DNA from: Candidatus Micrarchaeota archaeon
GTDB taxonomy: Archaea; Micrarchaeota; Micrarchaeia; Norongarragalinales; UBA97
DNA: 32,917 nt
NCBI GenBank assembly: GCA_021782355.1
Contig: JAJXUZ010000003.1
Span: 1-32,917, forward strand
Direction of reading: 5' to 3'
The notes under the pieces are model-generated. The model had not been told where the DNA came from and did not search any database. It was given only the letters and a program-made list of their open reading frames with translations. Each line of letters opens with the position of its first letter. Position 1 is the stretch's first letter. Both the position numbers and the translations under genes were made by a program. This document shows positions 1 through 8,198 of this stretch, piece after piece.

Positions 1-437
1 GTATTCTTACTAAATACTTGAAAAGTAGAAACTTTTTTAGATTCTTCAATAATCTGCACACCAAGTAAACGCCTATCAATTAAATTGTTGAATTCGGTGA
101 GTTGTTTAGTATCGGTGTAATTTTCAACTTTGATTAGAGTATATCCTAAAATATACAAATTATAAAATTCAAAAGCGGCTGTTTGATAATTTCTTAGAAT
201 TATTCTTCCAATAGGTTGAATATTAGGAGTAATTTGAGGACTAATTGTTAAGTTCATTCCCCTTTGTCTCATTGAAAGATAACTTCCGGGTTTTGCATTA
301 ATTAGTGTAATCCAATTCTTAGGTAGAGAAACAACCAACGAGCTATTTCCAAGTTTTACAGCTTTTCGAATATAGGTTGGACCTTCAGGAGTAAGGGAGG
401 AGGAACTGAATGTCGGTTTCTTTTTTAGTAAGCTCAA
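1..437 (-). CDS. AbrB/SpoVT-domain phosphate-uptake regulator (PhoU-like); 3' end runs off the window
   Basis: Translated by hand; not in the ORF track. TTG at 437 with GGAG upstream gives ...YIRKAVKLGNSSLVVSLPKNWI...FYNLYILGYTLIKV...RRLLGVQIIEES, matching the RKxxxxGxSxxVSLPKxW N-terminus and YxxGY / LxGxEIIEE motifs of archaeal PhoU-type regulators. Confidence 0.75.
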   Translation of the reverse strand, partial: MSLLKKKPTFSSSSLTPEGPTYIRKAVKLGNSSLVVSLPKNWITLINAKPGSYLSMRQRGMNLTISPQITPNIQPIGRIILRNYQTAAFEFYNLYILGYTLIKVENYTDTKQLTEFNNLIDRRLLGVQIIEESKKVSTFQVFSKN

Positions 438-474
438 GTAAATCTAAACTCCATATTGATTGAATATATAGAAA

Positions 475-491
475 GTATATATTATATATAC
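475..491. promoter_or_regulatory. Perfect 8-bp inverted repeat GTATATAT-T-ATATATAC in a divergent promoter; candidate operator or overlapping TATA boxes
   Basis: Palindrome read directly, between the regulator start (437) and the divergent ORF at 590. Confidence 0.4.
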
Positions 492-589
492 GAAATATAA
501 ATCATTGGGGCAATGCAATAGATAGTCAAGGGAATCATAGGAGGCAACCAAGATTCACTAAGCCATACTGTTAAGAGGGGAAAGGAAAA

Positions 590-805
590 ATGAAGAAAAA
601 ACATCTTTCATCTACTTCAATAAATGAACCTGAATTTGGCAAAAATACTGCTATTTTATTTGCAGCATTGGCAGCATATTTAGTAGTTGCAAGCAATCAG
701 TGGGCAGGATACTTGCTTATGTTTGCAGCAGCTATCTTGTGGTTAATTGGAAATGAAGAAGAAAAACCACAAATAATAAACAGACATAATGTTGCAAGAA
801 GTTAA
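590..805 (+). CDS. Small two-TM membrane protein, hypothetical
   Basis: Two hydrophobic stretches; purine-rich RBS upstream; T-tract after the stop. Confidence 0.6.
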   Translation: MKKKHLSSTSINEPEFGKNTAILFAALAAYLVVASNQWAGYLLMFAAAILWLIGNEEEKPQIINRHNVARS

Positions 806-833
806 GTTTTAGACTCTCAACTTTTTTATCGGC

Positions 834-865
834 AATCCGGTTAATGAAAGGTTTATAACCGGATT
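834..865. promoter_or_regulatory. Perfect 10-bp inverted repeat (AATCCGGTTA / TAACCGGATT) bracketing the BRE-TATA (GAAAGGTTTATAA) of the XPF gene
   Basis: Seen directly; TATA-like element about 30 nt upstream of ATG 887. Confidence 0.5.
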
Positions 866-886
866 TTCCTGAGTTTAAACTATAAG

Positions 887-1543
887 ATGCAACAATTTGA
901 ATTTAACCCCAAAATTATTATAGACGACAGAGAAGACCGCAGAGTAGTAAGTCTAATTTCAAAATATCCAACCATAATTGAAAATGAAAGATTAATTTGC
1001 GCAGATTATGTGTTAAGTGATAGAGTTGCAATTGAAAGAAAAACCGATAGTGACTTTCAATCAAGTTTAATGGATGGTAGATTGTTTACTCAGGCAAGTG
1101 AAATTGGAAAAAAATACCAGTGTGCAATTATTGCTATAATTGGAAAGAATTTTGATAAAAAATTAATTAAAGCAATTAACGGAGCAATAATTTCATTGTC
1201 AGTGGACTTTCACCTGCCCATAATGTTTTTTGATAATGATGAAAAGTTCGCTTTATTTTTATTTGAAGTTGCTAAAAGAGAACAGTTTCATCATAAAAGA
1301 AATGTGGCGGTAAACTCTCAGAGAAAGCCCACAGATATTCAAAAAGAGATACAGTTTATAGTAGAAAGTTTACCTGGAATTGGACCGGTTACTGCTCAAC
1401 AGCTATTGGCTAAATTTCAAACAATTGAAAATTTAATGACGGCAAACGAAGAACAATTAAAAGAAGTAGCCGGAATCGGTCCTTTTGGGGCAAGAAAAAT
1501 CAGGTTGGCAGTTAGCACTAAATTTGAATTAAAATTAAATTAA
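887..1543 (+). CDS. xpf: Stand-alone XPF/ERCC4 structure-specific endonuclease with tandem HhH
   Basis: IIDDRE, ADY...IERK nuclease motifs; HhH motifs LPGIGPVTAQQLL and VAGIGPFGARKI. Confidence 0.9.
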   Translation: MQQFEFNPKIIIDDREDRRVVSLISKYPTIIENERLICADYVLSDRVAIERKTDSDFQSSLMDGRLFTQASEIGKKYQCAIIAIIGKNFDKKLIKAINGAIISLSVDFHLPIMFFDNDEKFALFLFEVAKREQFHHKRNVAVNSQRKPTDIQKEIQFIVESLPGIGPVTAQQLLAKFQTIENLMTANEEQLKEVAGIGPFGARKIRLAVSTKFELKLN

Positions 1544-1570
1544 AGTACTTAGAACTTAAAAAAAGGAAGG

Positions 1571-1595
1571 GGGTTTGATAAGAAAAATCAAACCC
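1571..1595. terminator. Stem-loop (GGGTTTGAT/ATCAAACCC) between convergent genes
   Basis: Perfect 9-bp IR with flanking A/T tracts. Confidence 0.5.
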
Positions 1596-1612
1596 AGAAA
1601 AATATAGGGAAT

Positions 1613-2299
1613 TTAACTCAAAAGTTTTTCGATGTGTTTCTCTTTCTTCTTTCCAACATCCCTTACTACATCTTTAAGGCCCAAGCCCAATGCGATTGCA
1701 GAACCTAAACCAACTGCAACTGCGAATGCTCCGACCATCAAAATGAAGAAGTCTCTAAGAATTGAAACATCTGCTCCCGGTAAAATTAATGGCAATGCAA
1801 TTACAACTGCAGTGTATGCAACAAATACTTTTAACAAAATTGCCATTAAGTTTGCAAATGGAACTTCTTTAGATTTTCTGAATCTGTCTGAAACATAATC
1901 AACTGCAAGTAATGCAACTACGATGATTATAGTTCCTTCAACTAATGATGGAATATAACTGAATATCCACAAGATTAATGTGTTAATTAAAGGTAAGTCT
2001 GTCACATTGGCAGCTACACCTAAAAAGATAGTAAAGGTTGCAAGTCTAACAAATACTGAAATTATTTCAGTAACAGTAATTGTTCCTAATGCGTCGTGAA
2101 CTCCTTTTTGCTCAAGTTTTTTCTCAAGCCTCATTTCTTTTAATCCGCGTTCTACAATTTGTGCAAAGAATTTAGCAACTAAATAACCAATTCCAAGGAA
2201 CACAATCACTACTATTAGTGAAGCAAGTCCTGAAACGTAGTTATTCAGAATATTTGACAGAGCCATATTGAGATTTGTTGAAAAGTCTACCAACGTCAT
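1613..2299 (-). CDS. CmpX-like / conserved TM-helix repeat membrane protein (MscS-associated TM region without the channel domain)
   Basis: Repeated helix motif YIPSLVEGTIII; C-terminal GLGSAIALGLGLKD. Confidence 0.75.
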   Translation of the reverse strand: MTLVDFSTNLNMALSNILNNYVSGLASLIVVIVFLGIGYLVAKFFAQIVERGLKEMRLEKKLEQKGVHDALGTITVTEIISVFVRLATFTIFLGVAANVTDLPLINTLILWIFSYIPSLVEGTIIIVVALLAVDYVSDRFRKSKEVPFANLMAILLKVFVAYTAVVIALPLILPGADVSILRDFFILMVGAFAVAVGLGSAIALGLGLKDVVRDVGKKKEKHIEKLLS

Positions 2300-2347
2300 T
2301 TTTTAAGGTCACCGAAAATTTAACGAATTTGTTGCTTTTAAACCTAA

Positions 2348-3811
2348 CTAGTTCCCTGATTTTTGAATATAATACACTGCAGAACCGGAATCGTATATTT
2401 TTGAAACTGATTCGTTAGAAGAATTCTCTAAGTAATTCACATCGGAATTGTGTTGTTGTGAGGTTGCAAAAATGTATTTTACATTACTCAAAAATAGTTG
2501 ATTAAGAGAAGAAAATGACTGTTCGGACAAACCATAGAATAGTAAATTCGTTAATTGAATTCTTCCAATTGCATTATTTGAAAATTCAAAATATCCGTCT
2601 ACATAAACTGGTCTTGCTGAAAGGTAAGTTAAAAGATGACCTTGGTCCCACGTAGATGCAACCAAACCGGCTGGGCCACTAATTGAATTTGATAAATAAA
2701 ATGCAGAAGAAAAATCTGAATTGGAACTTTGTTGAAAAATCGTAGAGGAATAGGATAAAAGAATGACGGCAAAAAAAAGTGAAATTGAAATTAACATCAA
2801 TTCTTTTGTAATAGTCAACTTACTAATTAGCAAACCTATTGATAAACCACATAAAATACACAGAGAAGGAGCTAGAAATACGATGTTTCTTTGTCCGACA
2901 ATTAAAAGTGCAACCGAAATAGAAAACCAAAATAAAATTACACTTATTTTTGAGTAGAAGTTTTCTTTAAATGCAAAATAAATGAAAATAAAAACAAAAA
3001 CTAAAGGAGCAATAGTGTAAAAGAAAATAAATTGCCAAGAAAAAATTGAAAGTTCTGAACTTGAAAATATTGCCGGGGAAAGATAGTTCAAGACATTAAA
3101 TTGTAAATAATAAATTGAACTTAGAATTAAACCAAAAAAACCATAAAGTAATGGAGCTGAATCGGTTTTTGCTTTAACTAAATAACTGCTTATTTGAATT
3201 GCCACTAAGGTTGCAAAAAGAACTAAAGCTGAAGGAAGATGGATTAGAGTAAGTAAAAAGAAAAGCAAAAATAAATTGAAATTTTCTTTATTTAGATAAC
3301 TAAGAAGGATTAATGGGGCAAAACATAAAACAAATGCATCTGGTCGGCCAAAAACCATTGAACGACTAAGTGCGGCCGGACTTATTGCAATTAAAAGACT
3401 GGCAAGATAGGGGGAATAATTCTTGAAAAAGTCGTATTCTTTTAAGTTACTTTGAATAGTCAAATCTACTATTTTTTTAGTTAATGAATAGGTTGCTAAT
3501 ATTGCAACTAATGTTGCTAAAAGAGAAAGGATGGAAAACGAGGCAAAGTTTCCAATTCCCCATAATGAAAAAAGGTTAAAGCCCATTAAGTGAAATAATG
3601 GATAATAAGTATAGGGTCTTCCTCCAAAAGAAAGTGGGTCATATGAAATTAACTTTCCAAAACTATCAATTGCAGTAATTAATCGAAGATGATAGTAAGA
3701 ATCGGGGTCAATAAAACCAGTTAAGAAAAGCGGAGAAAGACGGGCAAAAATACCGATAATAAGAATGGATAAAAGTTTCCAATCAACTCTAAAATTCATA
3801 AATTCAAGCAT
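2348..3811 (-). CDS. STT3/AglB-like GT-C glycosyltransferase (compact oligosaccharyltransferase paralog)
   Basis: DPDSYYHLR, YDPLS, SRSxxxGRPD, SSSEL and STWDQGH (WWDYG-like) motifs; many TM helices. True start is probably ATG 3811 or 3799 rather than 3940. Confidence 0.75.
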   Translation of the reverse strand: MLEFMNFRVDWKLLSILIIGIFARLSPLFLTGFIDPDSYYHLRLITAIDSFGKLISYDPLSFGGRPYTYYPLFHLMGFNLFSLWGIGNFASFSILSLLATLVAILATYSLTKKIVDLTIQSNLKEYDFFKNYSPYLASLLIAISPAALSRSMVFGRPDAFVLCFAPLILLSYLNKENFNLFLLFFLLTLIHLPSALVLFATLVAIQISSYLVKAKTDSAPLLYGFFGLILSSIYYLQFNVLNYLSPAIFSSSELSIFSWQFIFFYTIAPLVFVFIFIYFAFKENFYSKISVILFWFSISVALLIVGQRNIVFLAPSLCILCGLSIGLLISKLTITKELMLISISLFFAVILLSYSSTIFQQSSNSDFSSAFYLSNSISGPAGLVASTWDQGHLLTYLSARPVYVDGYFEFSNNAIGRIQLTNLLFYGLSEQSFSSLNQLFLSNVKYIFATSQQHNSDVNYLENSSNESVSKIYDSGSAVYYIQKSGN

Positions 3812-3982
3812 CCGCAAAGGCTTATTAATCAGCTTGATACACCATAAATATGTAAAAATTAGGCAGGTTTTCAGTAAAAGGTTGTTTTCTATAATCCTTT
3901 TGTAACTTTGCCATTTTCTATTAATTATTTGACCAAACAATTAATTTTAATCATTTGAGCAGAAAGAGGTAGTATACTTAAA

Positions 3983-4390
3983 ATGGTTCAATATCATAAA
4001 AACCCTAAAACCAAAGCAAGCGGTACTGGTGGAAAGAAAAGAAGTACTCGCGACAAAGTAAAAGCACACTATGGCGGATTCTTCCATCGCGCAAGAATTG
4101 ATAAAAAAGAAAAAGAAGCAGCTTACACTCCACGCTCAACTAAAGGTGGAAACACTAAGATTGCAGTAAAGATTGTTGGTTTTGCCAATGTTTCAACAAA
4201 AGGAAGCGCTAAGGTTGTTAAAACTAAAGTTTTATCCGTTGTTGAATCACCAAATAATCGCCATTATACCAGAGAAGGTTTAGTTACCAAGGGCGCAGTT
4301 ATTGAAACTGAACTAGGTAAATGCAAAGTTACCAGCAGACCAACTCAAGATGGTACAGTAAATGCAGTTTTGATGCAAAGCAAACAGTAA
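3983..4390 (+). CDS. rps8e: 30S ribosomal protein S8e
   Basis: TGGK...R, TKGGNTK, NRHYTREGLVTKGAVIETELGKCKVTSRPTQDGTVNAV. Confidence 0.97.
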   Translation: MVQYHKNPKTKASGTGGKKRSTRDKVKAHYGGFFHRARIDKKEKEAAYTPRSTKGGNTKIAVKIVGFANVSTKGSAKVVKTKVLSVVESPNNRHYTREGLVTKGAVIETELGKCKVTSRPTQDGTVNAVLMQSKQ

Positions 4391-4470
4391 TTGTTTTGCG
4401 TCATTCTTTATTTTTTTCTGACTAATTCTTTTCTTCTTCTTTTTAAACTTATATTGCTAATTTAATTTTA

Positions 4471-5433
4471 ATGAAAACCGTCAACACCACCCATATCGTA
4501 GGGGGGGTATTACTTAGACAATTAAAAAACGGAATAGTTCAAGTTTACTTAGTTCAACGCTCAAACGAAAACAATGCACTTAGAGAGCATTGGACTTTGC
4601 CCGGAGGAAAAATACAATCTCGGAATATTGATAAGGCAAGTGAACTTGAGAATAAACTTGAGGCAAAAATTGGTTATCGTCCTCGTTTTCCAGAATTTAT
4701 TCACGAAATTAAAACTATTGATGAAGATAATGAATTTATCAGACATCACTTTTCTTATTTGGTTCCGTTAAACATTAGCACTCATCTTACTACCGAATAC
4801 TTAAGAGGAAGTTGGAAGAAAATTGAGGCATTTAGAAATCCTAGATTAAAGTTGATGCCCGGGGTAAGAGAGGCAGTAATAGAAGCAGCGCAAAGATTGG
4901 AAAAACACAATCAATACTTAGATGAATTATTTGATTTGGCGCTATTGTCAAAAACCCGCGAAGGTCATCATCCATTCTATACCGCAGCAAGTTTAGTGAG
5001 TCCGGATGGAAAAACCATAATTAAGGCATTTAAAGGAGAAACGATTCCTACAATTAGTACTAAGGAAACGTTAGAACATCACGCAGAAGAAATTTTACTA
5101 AAGAAATTTAATACGAGATTGGCAAAAGGAAATCTTCCACTAAAAGGTTGGACTCTTTACACTTTAATGGAACCTTGCAGTTCACGAGATACTCCGGGTC
5201 ACACTCCTTGTTCGGTATTAATTGCAAAAACTCCTCAAATTAGTAAAGTGGTCGTGGCTGGTTTAGACCACAATCCAAAAATAAAAAATATTGGAATTCA
5301 AAATATCATAAATAGCGGAAAAACAATTATTCTTCATCCCGATAATACTCAACAGTTCAAAAAAGCAACCACATTGAACATTCGTCACGCAGAAGAACAA
5401 ATAAAACGACTTGTATCAAGAAAAACATATTAG
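4471..5433 (+). CDS. Fusion of a degenerate Nudix domain with a Zn-dependent cytidine-deaminase-fold domain (RibD-like spacing)
   Basis: N-terminal VYLVQR...WTLPGGK; C-terminal HAEE...LYTLMEPC-x10-C...KVVVAGLDHNP. Confidence 0.8.
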   Translation: MKTVNTTHIVGGVLLRQLKNGIVQVYLVQRSNENNALREHWTLPGGKIQSRNIDKASELENKLEAKIGYRPRFPEFIHEIKTIDEDNEFIRHHFSYLVPLNISTHLTTEYLRGSWKKIEAFRNPRLKLMPGVREAVIEAAQRLEKHNQYLDELFDLALLSKTREGHHPFYTAASLVSPDGKTIIKAFKGETIPTISTKETLEHHAEEILLKKFNTRLAKGNLPLKGWTLYTLMEPCSSRDTPGHTPCSVLIAKTPQISKVVVAGLDHNPKIKNIGIQNIINSGKTIILHPDNTQQFKKATTLNIRHAEEQIKRLVSRKTY

Positions 5434-5446
5434 AAAAGGTAACTGA

Positions 5447-6058
5447 ATGAAGATTTTAGGAGTAGTTCACGACGACACTCACCACGGCTTAATACAACTA
5501 AGTAAATACATAAGAAAGAATGTTAAGGAAGGGCAGGTTGTAGGTCTAGAAGTGCCCGATAGATTTGAATTATCTAAAAGATACTTTAACGGAAGTTCGA
5601 AACGAATTATTAAAAATTATACTGAATCAGAAGGAAATAAATTTTTTGCAAAAGTAATTGAAGAAATACATAGGAAAAAAGCAATTGCAGTTCCAGTAGA
5701 ATCTTTGGAATTAAGTAAAAAAGAAAATGAATTAAGAGAACTTGTAGAATATTCGGACGAATATGAGCCCGAAGTTAAAAGAAGTCAGCAATATCAAATT
5801 TACAGAATGGGAATTGAAAGAGCAGTTAGAATGCTTGAAGATACTAAAAAACACCAAGGAAATGTGTTAATTGTAGGTGCGGCACACGCAGCAGAATTTG
5901 AACATTTAGCACCGAATAAAACCAAACCGCAATACTTCTTAAACCAAAATGAATTGAAACAGGTAAACAGTCACGTTAAAAGTTATATAGGAAGACTTAA
6001 TGAAAACGAAATGAAAGATTATGCTAGAAGAATAGAATTTGCATTAAAAGAGAGATGA
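5447..6058 (+). CDS. TraB/PrgY/GumN (TIKI/EreA-ChaN fold)-like protein
   Basis: ILGVVH, VVGLE, ERAVRM and IVGAAH occur in the order of the superfamily's metal-binding residues. Confidence 0.6.
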   Translation: MKILGVVHDDTHHGLIQLSKYIRKNVKEGQVVGLEVPDRFELSKRYFNGSSKRIIKNYTESEGNKFFAKVIEEIHRKKAIAVPVESLELSKKENELRELVEYSDEYEPEVKRSQQYQIYRMGIERAVRMLEDTKKHQGNVLIVGAAHAAEFEHLAPNKTKPQYFLNQNELKQVNSHVKSYIGRLNENEMKDYARRIEFALKER

Positions 6059-6064
6059 TTTTTT

Positions 6065-6643
6065 ATGAATCAAGGAAAAGAAGTTTTTTTTGTAACTGGC
6101 AATAATTCTAAGTTCGAGGAGGCTAACAATATCCTTTCTGAATTTGGAATCAAAGTTAAACAATTAAAATTAGATTTAGAAGAAATTCAACACGAAGATT
6201 TGGGAAAGATTGCTGAAAACAAAGCAAGACAGGCATTTGAAAAAACTGGAAAAAATAAAATGGTGTTTGTAGATGACACGGGTCTTTTTATTAAAAGTTT
6301 AAAGGGGTTTCCTGGTTCAAATAGCAAACTAGTTGCAAAAACTCTTGGTGCAGATAGATTAGTTAAATTAATTAAAGGTGGAGCGAACAAAGCTGCGTTT
6401 AAATCGGTAATTGCAGTGATGGGACCAGGTATGAGTTCTCCTGAAGTATTTGAAGGAAAGTGTCATGGCAAATATCTCATTAAAGCTAGAGGAAAGTCTG
6501 CTGATTTTGTGCCTTATGATAGGTTTTTTGTTCCATTAGGAGAAACTAAAACTTTTGCTCAGATGAATTTAGAGCAGAAGAATAAGTATTCAAGCAGAGC
6601 GGTTTCGATTAGAAATTTGGGAAAATGGTTAAGTAGAAGATAA
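6065..6643 (+). CDS. rdgB: RdgB/HAM1 non-canonical purine NTP pyrophosphatase
   Basis: FVTGNNSKFEE, EEIQ, DDTGLFIKSLKGFPG, YDRFF, KTFAQM...KNKYSSR. Confidence 0.9.
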   Translation: MNQGKEVFFVTGNNSKFEEANNILSEFGIKVKQLKLDLEEIQHEDLGKIAENKARQAFEKTGKNKMVFVDDTGLFIKSLKGFPGSNSKLVAKTLGADRLVKLIKGGANKAAFKSVIAVMGPGMSSPEVFEGKCHGKYLIKARGKSADFVPYDRFFVPLGETKTFAQMNLEQKNKYSSRAVSIRNLGKWLSRR

Positions 6644-6661
6644 GGTTAAGTTGAGATTAAT

Positions 6662-7630
6662 TTAGACTTTGAAGTGAAAGCGAGATTTTAGTGAGTTTAA
6701 CCATTCTTTCGGATGAATTCCATAAGACCATTCACCTAATGCTACTCGTAATGGTGAACGGTGAATTTCTCCTTCAAGAACTTTCTTTGCGGTACCTAGT
6801 TTTTGTTCAAAAGACTTCTTATATTCTTTATTGATTTTTTCAAAGTCTTTCATCTGATTTTTAAATTCTTGATTAATTAATTTGTCCAATTCAACAAAAA
6901 AACCAATTTTTTGCAACTCCTCTATCATATTCTTATTTGCTTCATAATTGGAGGGTTTGAGACCATAAGTTACTTTAAGGTCCCGGGAGATAAGTCTTTC
7001 AGTAGGAGACCGGGTTAAATCCTCAAAACTTAGAACTTGAAAACGATTAAAATAAAAAGTATATCTAGATTCTGATGGGTTTTTGGAGATAACATCAATG
7101 CAGTCCATGGTGTTTGAATTTCTATTAATATTAAATTCATTTAATTTTTCTGATTTCTTCAAATTGTTTAGTATATTGTCCCATTTATCACCATAATTAC
7201 GATACGTTGAAGGACTAAAAATCTTGTTTAATTCTTCAATTTTATTTATATTACCATAAGTTTCATAAAAAGATTCGATGATAGTTTTAGTGTTATTAGA
7301 AATTACCAGTTTGTTTGAAGTCGATATTTCTTTCCACTTTGAAGGCGGAAAAATAAAAATATTAGATTTTGAAACTTTTTCGTTAAAATCAACTTTATTC
7401 GGATTATGTTGAGGAAAATTTATCTCAAAATCCTCTGAAATCTTCGTCTCTATTTCTGAAATATTATTCAAAAGAGGCCCATAAACTTCGTCTAACATTT
7501 TTTTATGACGATCATAAACATAACCAAAGTATGCAGTTAATATCGAGACAATAATTGCAATAGAGAATTGATTTGTAATAAGTTGAATTAGAAAAGTTAG
7601 AAAAGATAGTATATCCATAACGCACACCAA
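6662..7630 (-). CDS. Hypothetical protein with N-terminal membrane anchor
   Basis: 322-aa ORF with a hydrophobic N-terminus and no recognised motif. Confidence 0.6.
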   Translation of the reverse strand: MVCVMDILSFLTFLIQLITNQFSIAIIVSILTAYFGYVYDRHKKMLDEVYGPLLNNISEIETKISEDFEINFPQHNPNKVDFNEKVSKSNIFIFPPSKWKEISTSNKLVISNNTKTIIESFYETYGNINKIEELNKIFSPSTYRNYGDKWDNILNNLKKSEKLNEFNINRNSNTMDCIDVISKNPSESRYTFYFNRFQVLSFEDLTRSPTERLISRDLKVTYGLKPSNYEANKNMIEELQKIGFFVELDKLINQEFKNQMKDFEKINKEYKKSFEQKLGTAKKVLEGEIHRSPLRVALGEWSYGIHPKEWLNSLKSRFHFKV

Positions 7631-7795
7631 ACGGAATATTTGCTCTTAAAAGTTTTCTTTTATATATCGAGTTTTATTTTATTCTCCAGGGTCTTTTACA
7701 GAATTAATTGATTGGTTTGTTTATTGATTAATTTTGATTGTAAGTTGTTTAATGGTTGTTTATTGTTTATTATTTGAAATTGTTTTTTGATTTTG

Positions 7796-8170
7796 TTACT
7801 TGAATTTAACCGTAGTTGTTTTGTTTTCTTTAATTCTATCTTTTAGTAAACCTTTAATCAAAGTAACTGGAATGGGTTCGTCCAAAGGAAACTGAATTGC
7901 TGATTTTGAAGTTTTGAATTTAAGTAATTTTTTATGATTTAATGCGATTATGGGGGGTCGAATGTATAGGCCTAGATGAGTTTTCATAAGAGCAAACCAG
8001 CATAAATTGCCCTTATCGTAAGCAGGCATACGATAACTAATACTCTCGGTAGAATTTGGAGAAACATCTTTGATTATCTTTCGAATTTCAATTAGTTTCC
8101 CTTGATGTTCTTTTGGAGCATTTGAAATGTAATCGTCTACTTCGTTTGTAGATTTGGGTGGTTTTTTCAT
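7796..8170 (-). CDS. DUF1801 / YdhG-like protein
   Basis: VDDYI...EIRKII...ESISYRMPAY...KSAIQFPLDEPIP. Confidence 0.88.
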   Translation of the reverse strand: MKKPPKSTNEVDDYISNAPKEHQGKLIEIRKIIKDVSPNSTESISYRMPAYDKGNLCWFALMKTHLGLYIRPPIIALNHKKLLKFKTSKSAIQFPLDEPIPVTLIKGLLKDRIKENKTTTVKFK

Positions 8171-8198
8171 TTAAATTGGTCGATTAATTTAATTTATT

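Noticed and set aside
3812-3940. Extended N-termini given by the ORF track (3940, also 25878, 31305, 32334, 17103, 18443)
   Set aside because: Downstream starts fit RBS position, gene overlaps and motif onset better.
4471-5433. Calling the gene ribD
   Set aside because: No reductase domain and no riboflavin gene context; the Nudix fusion is atypical, so the substrate is left open.
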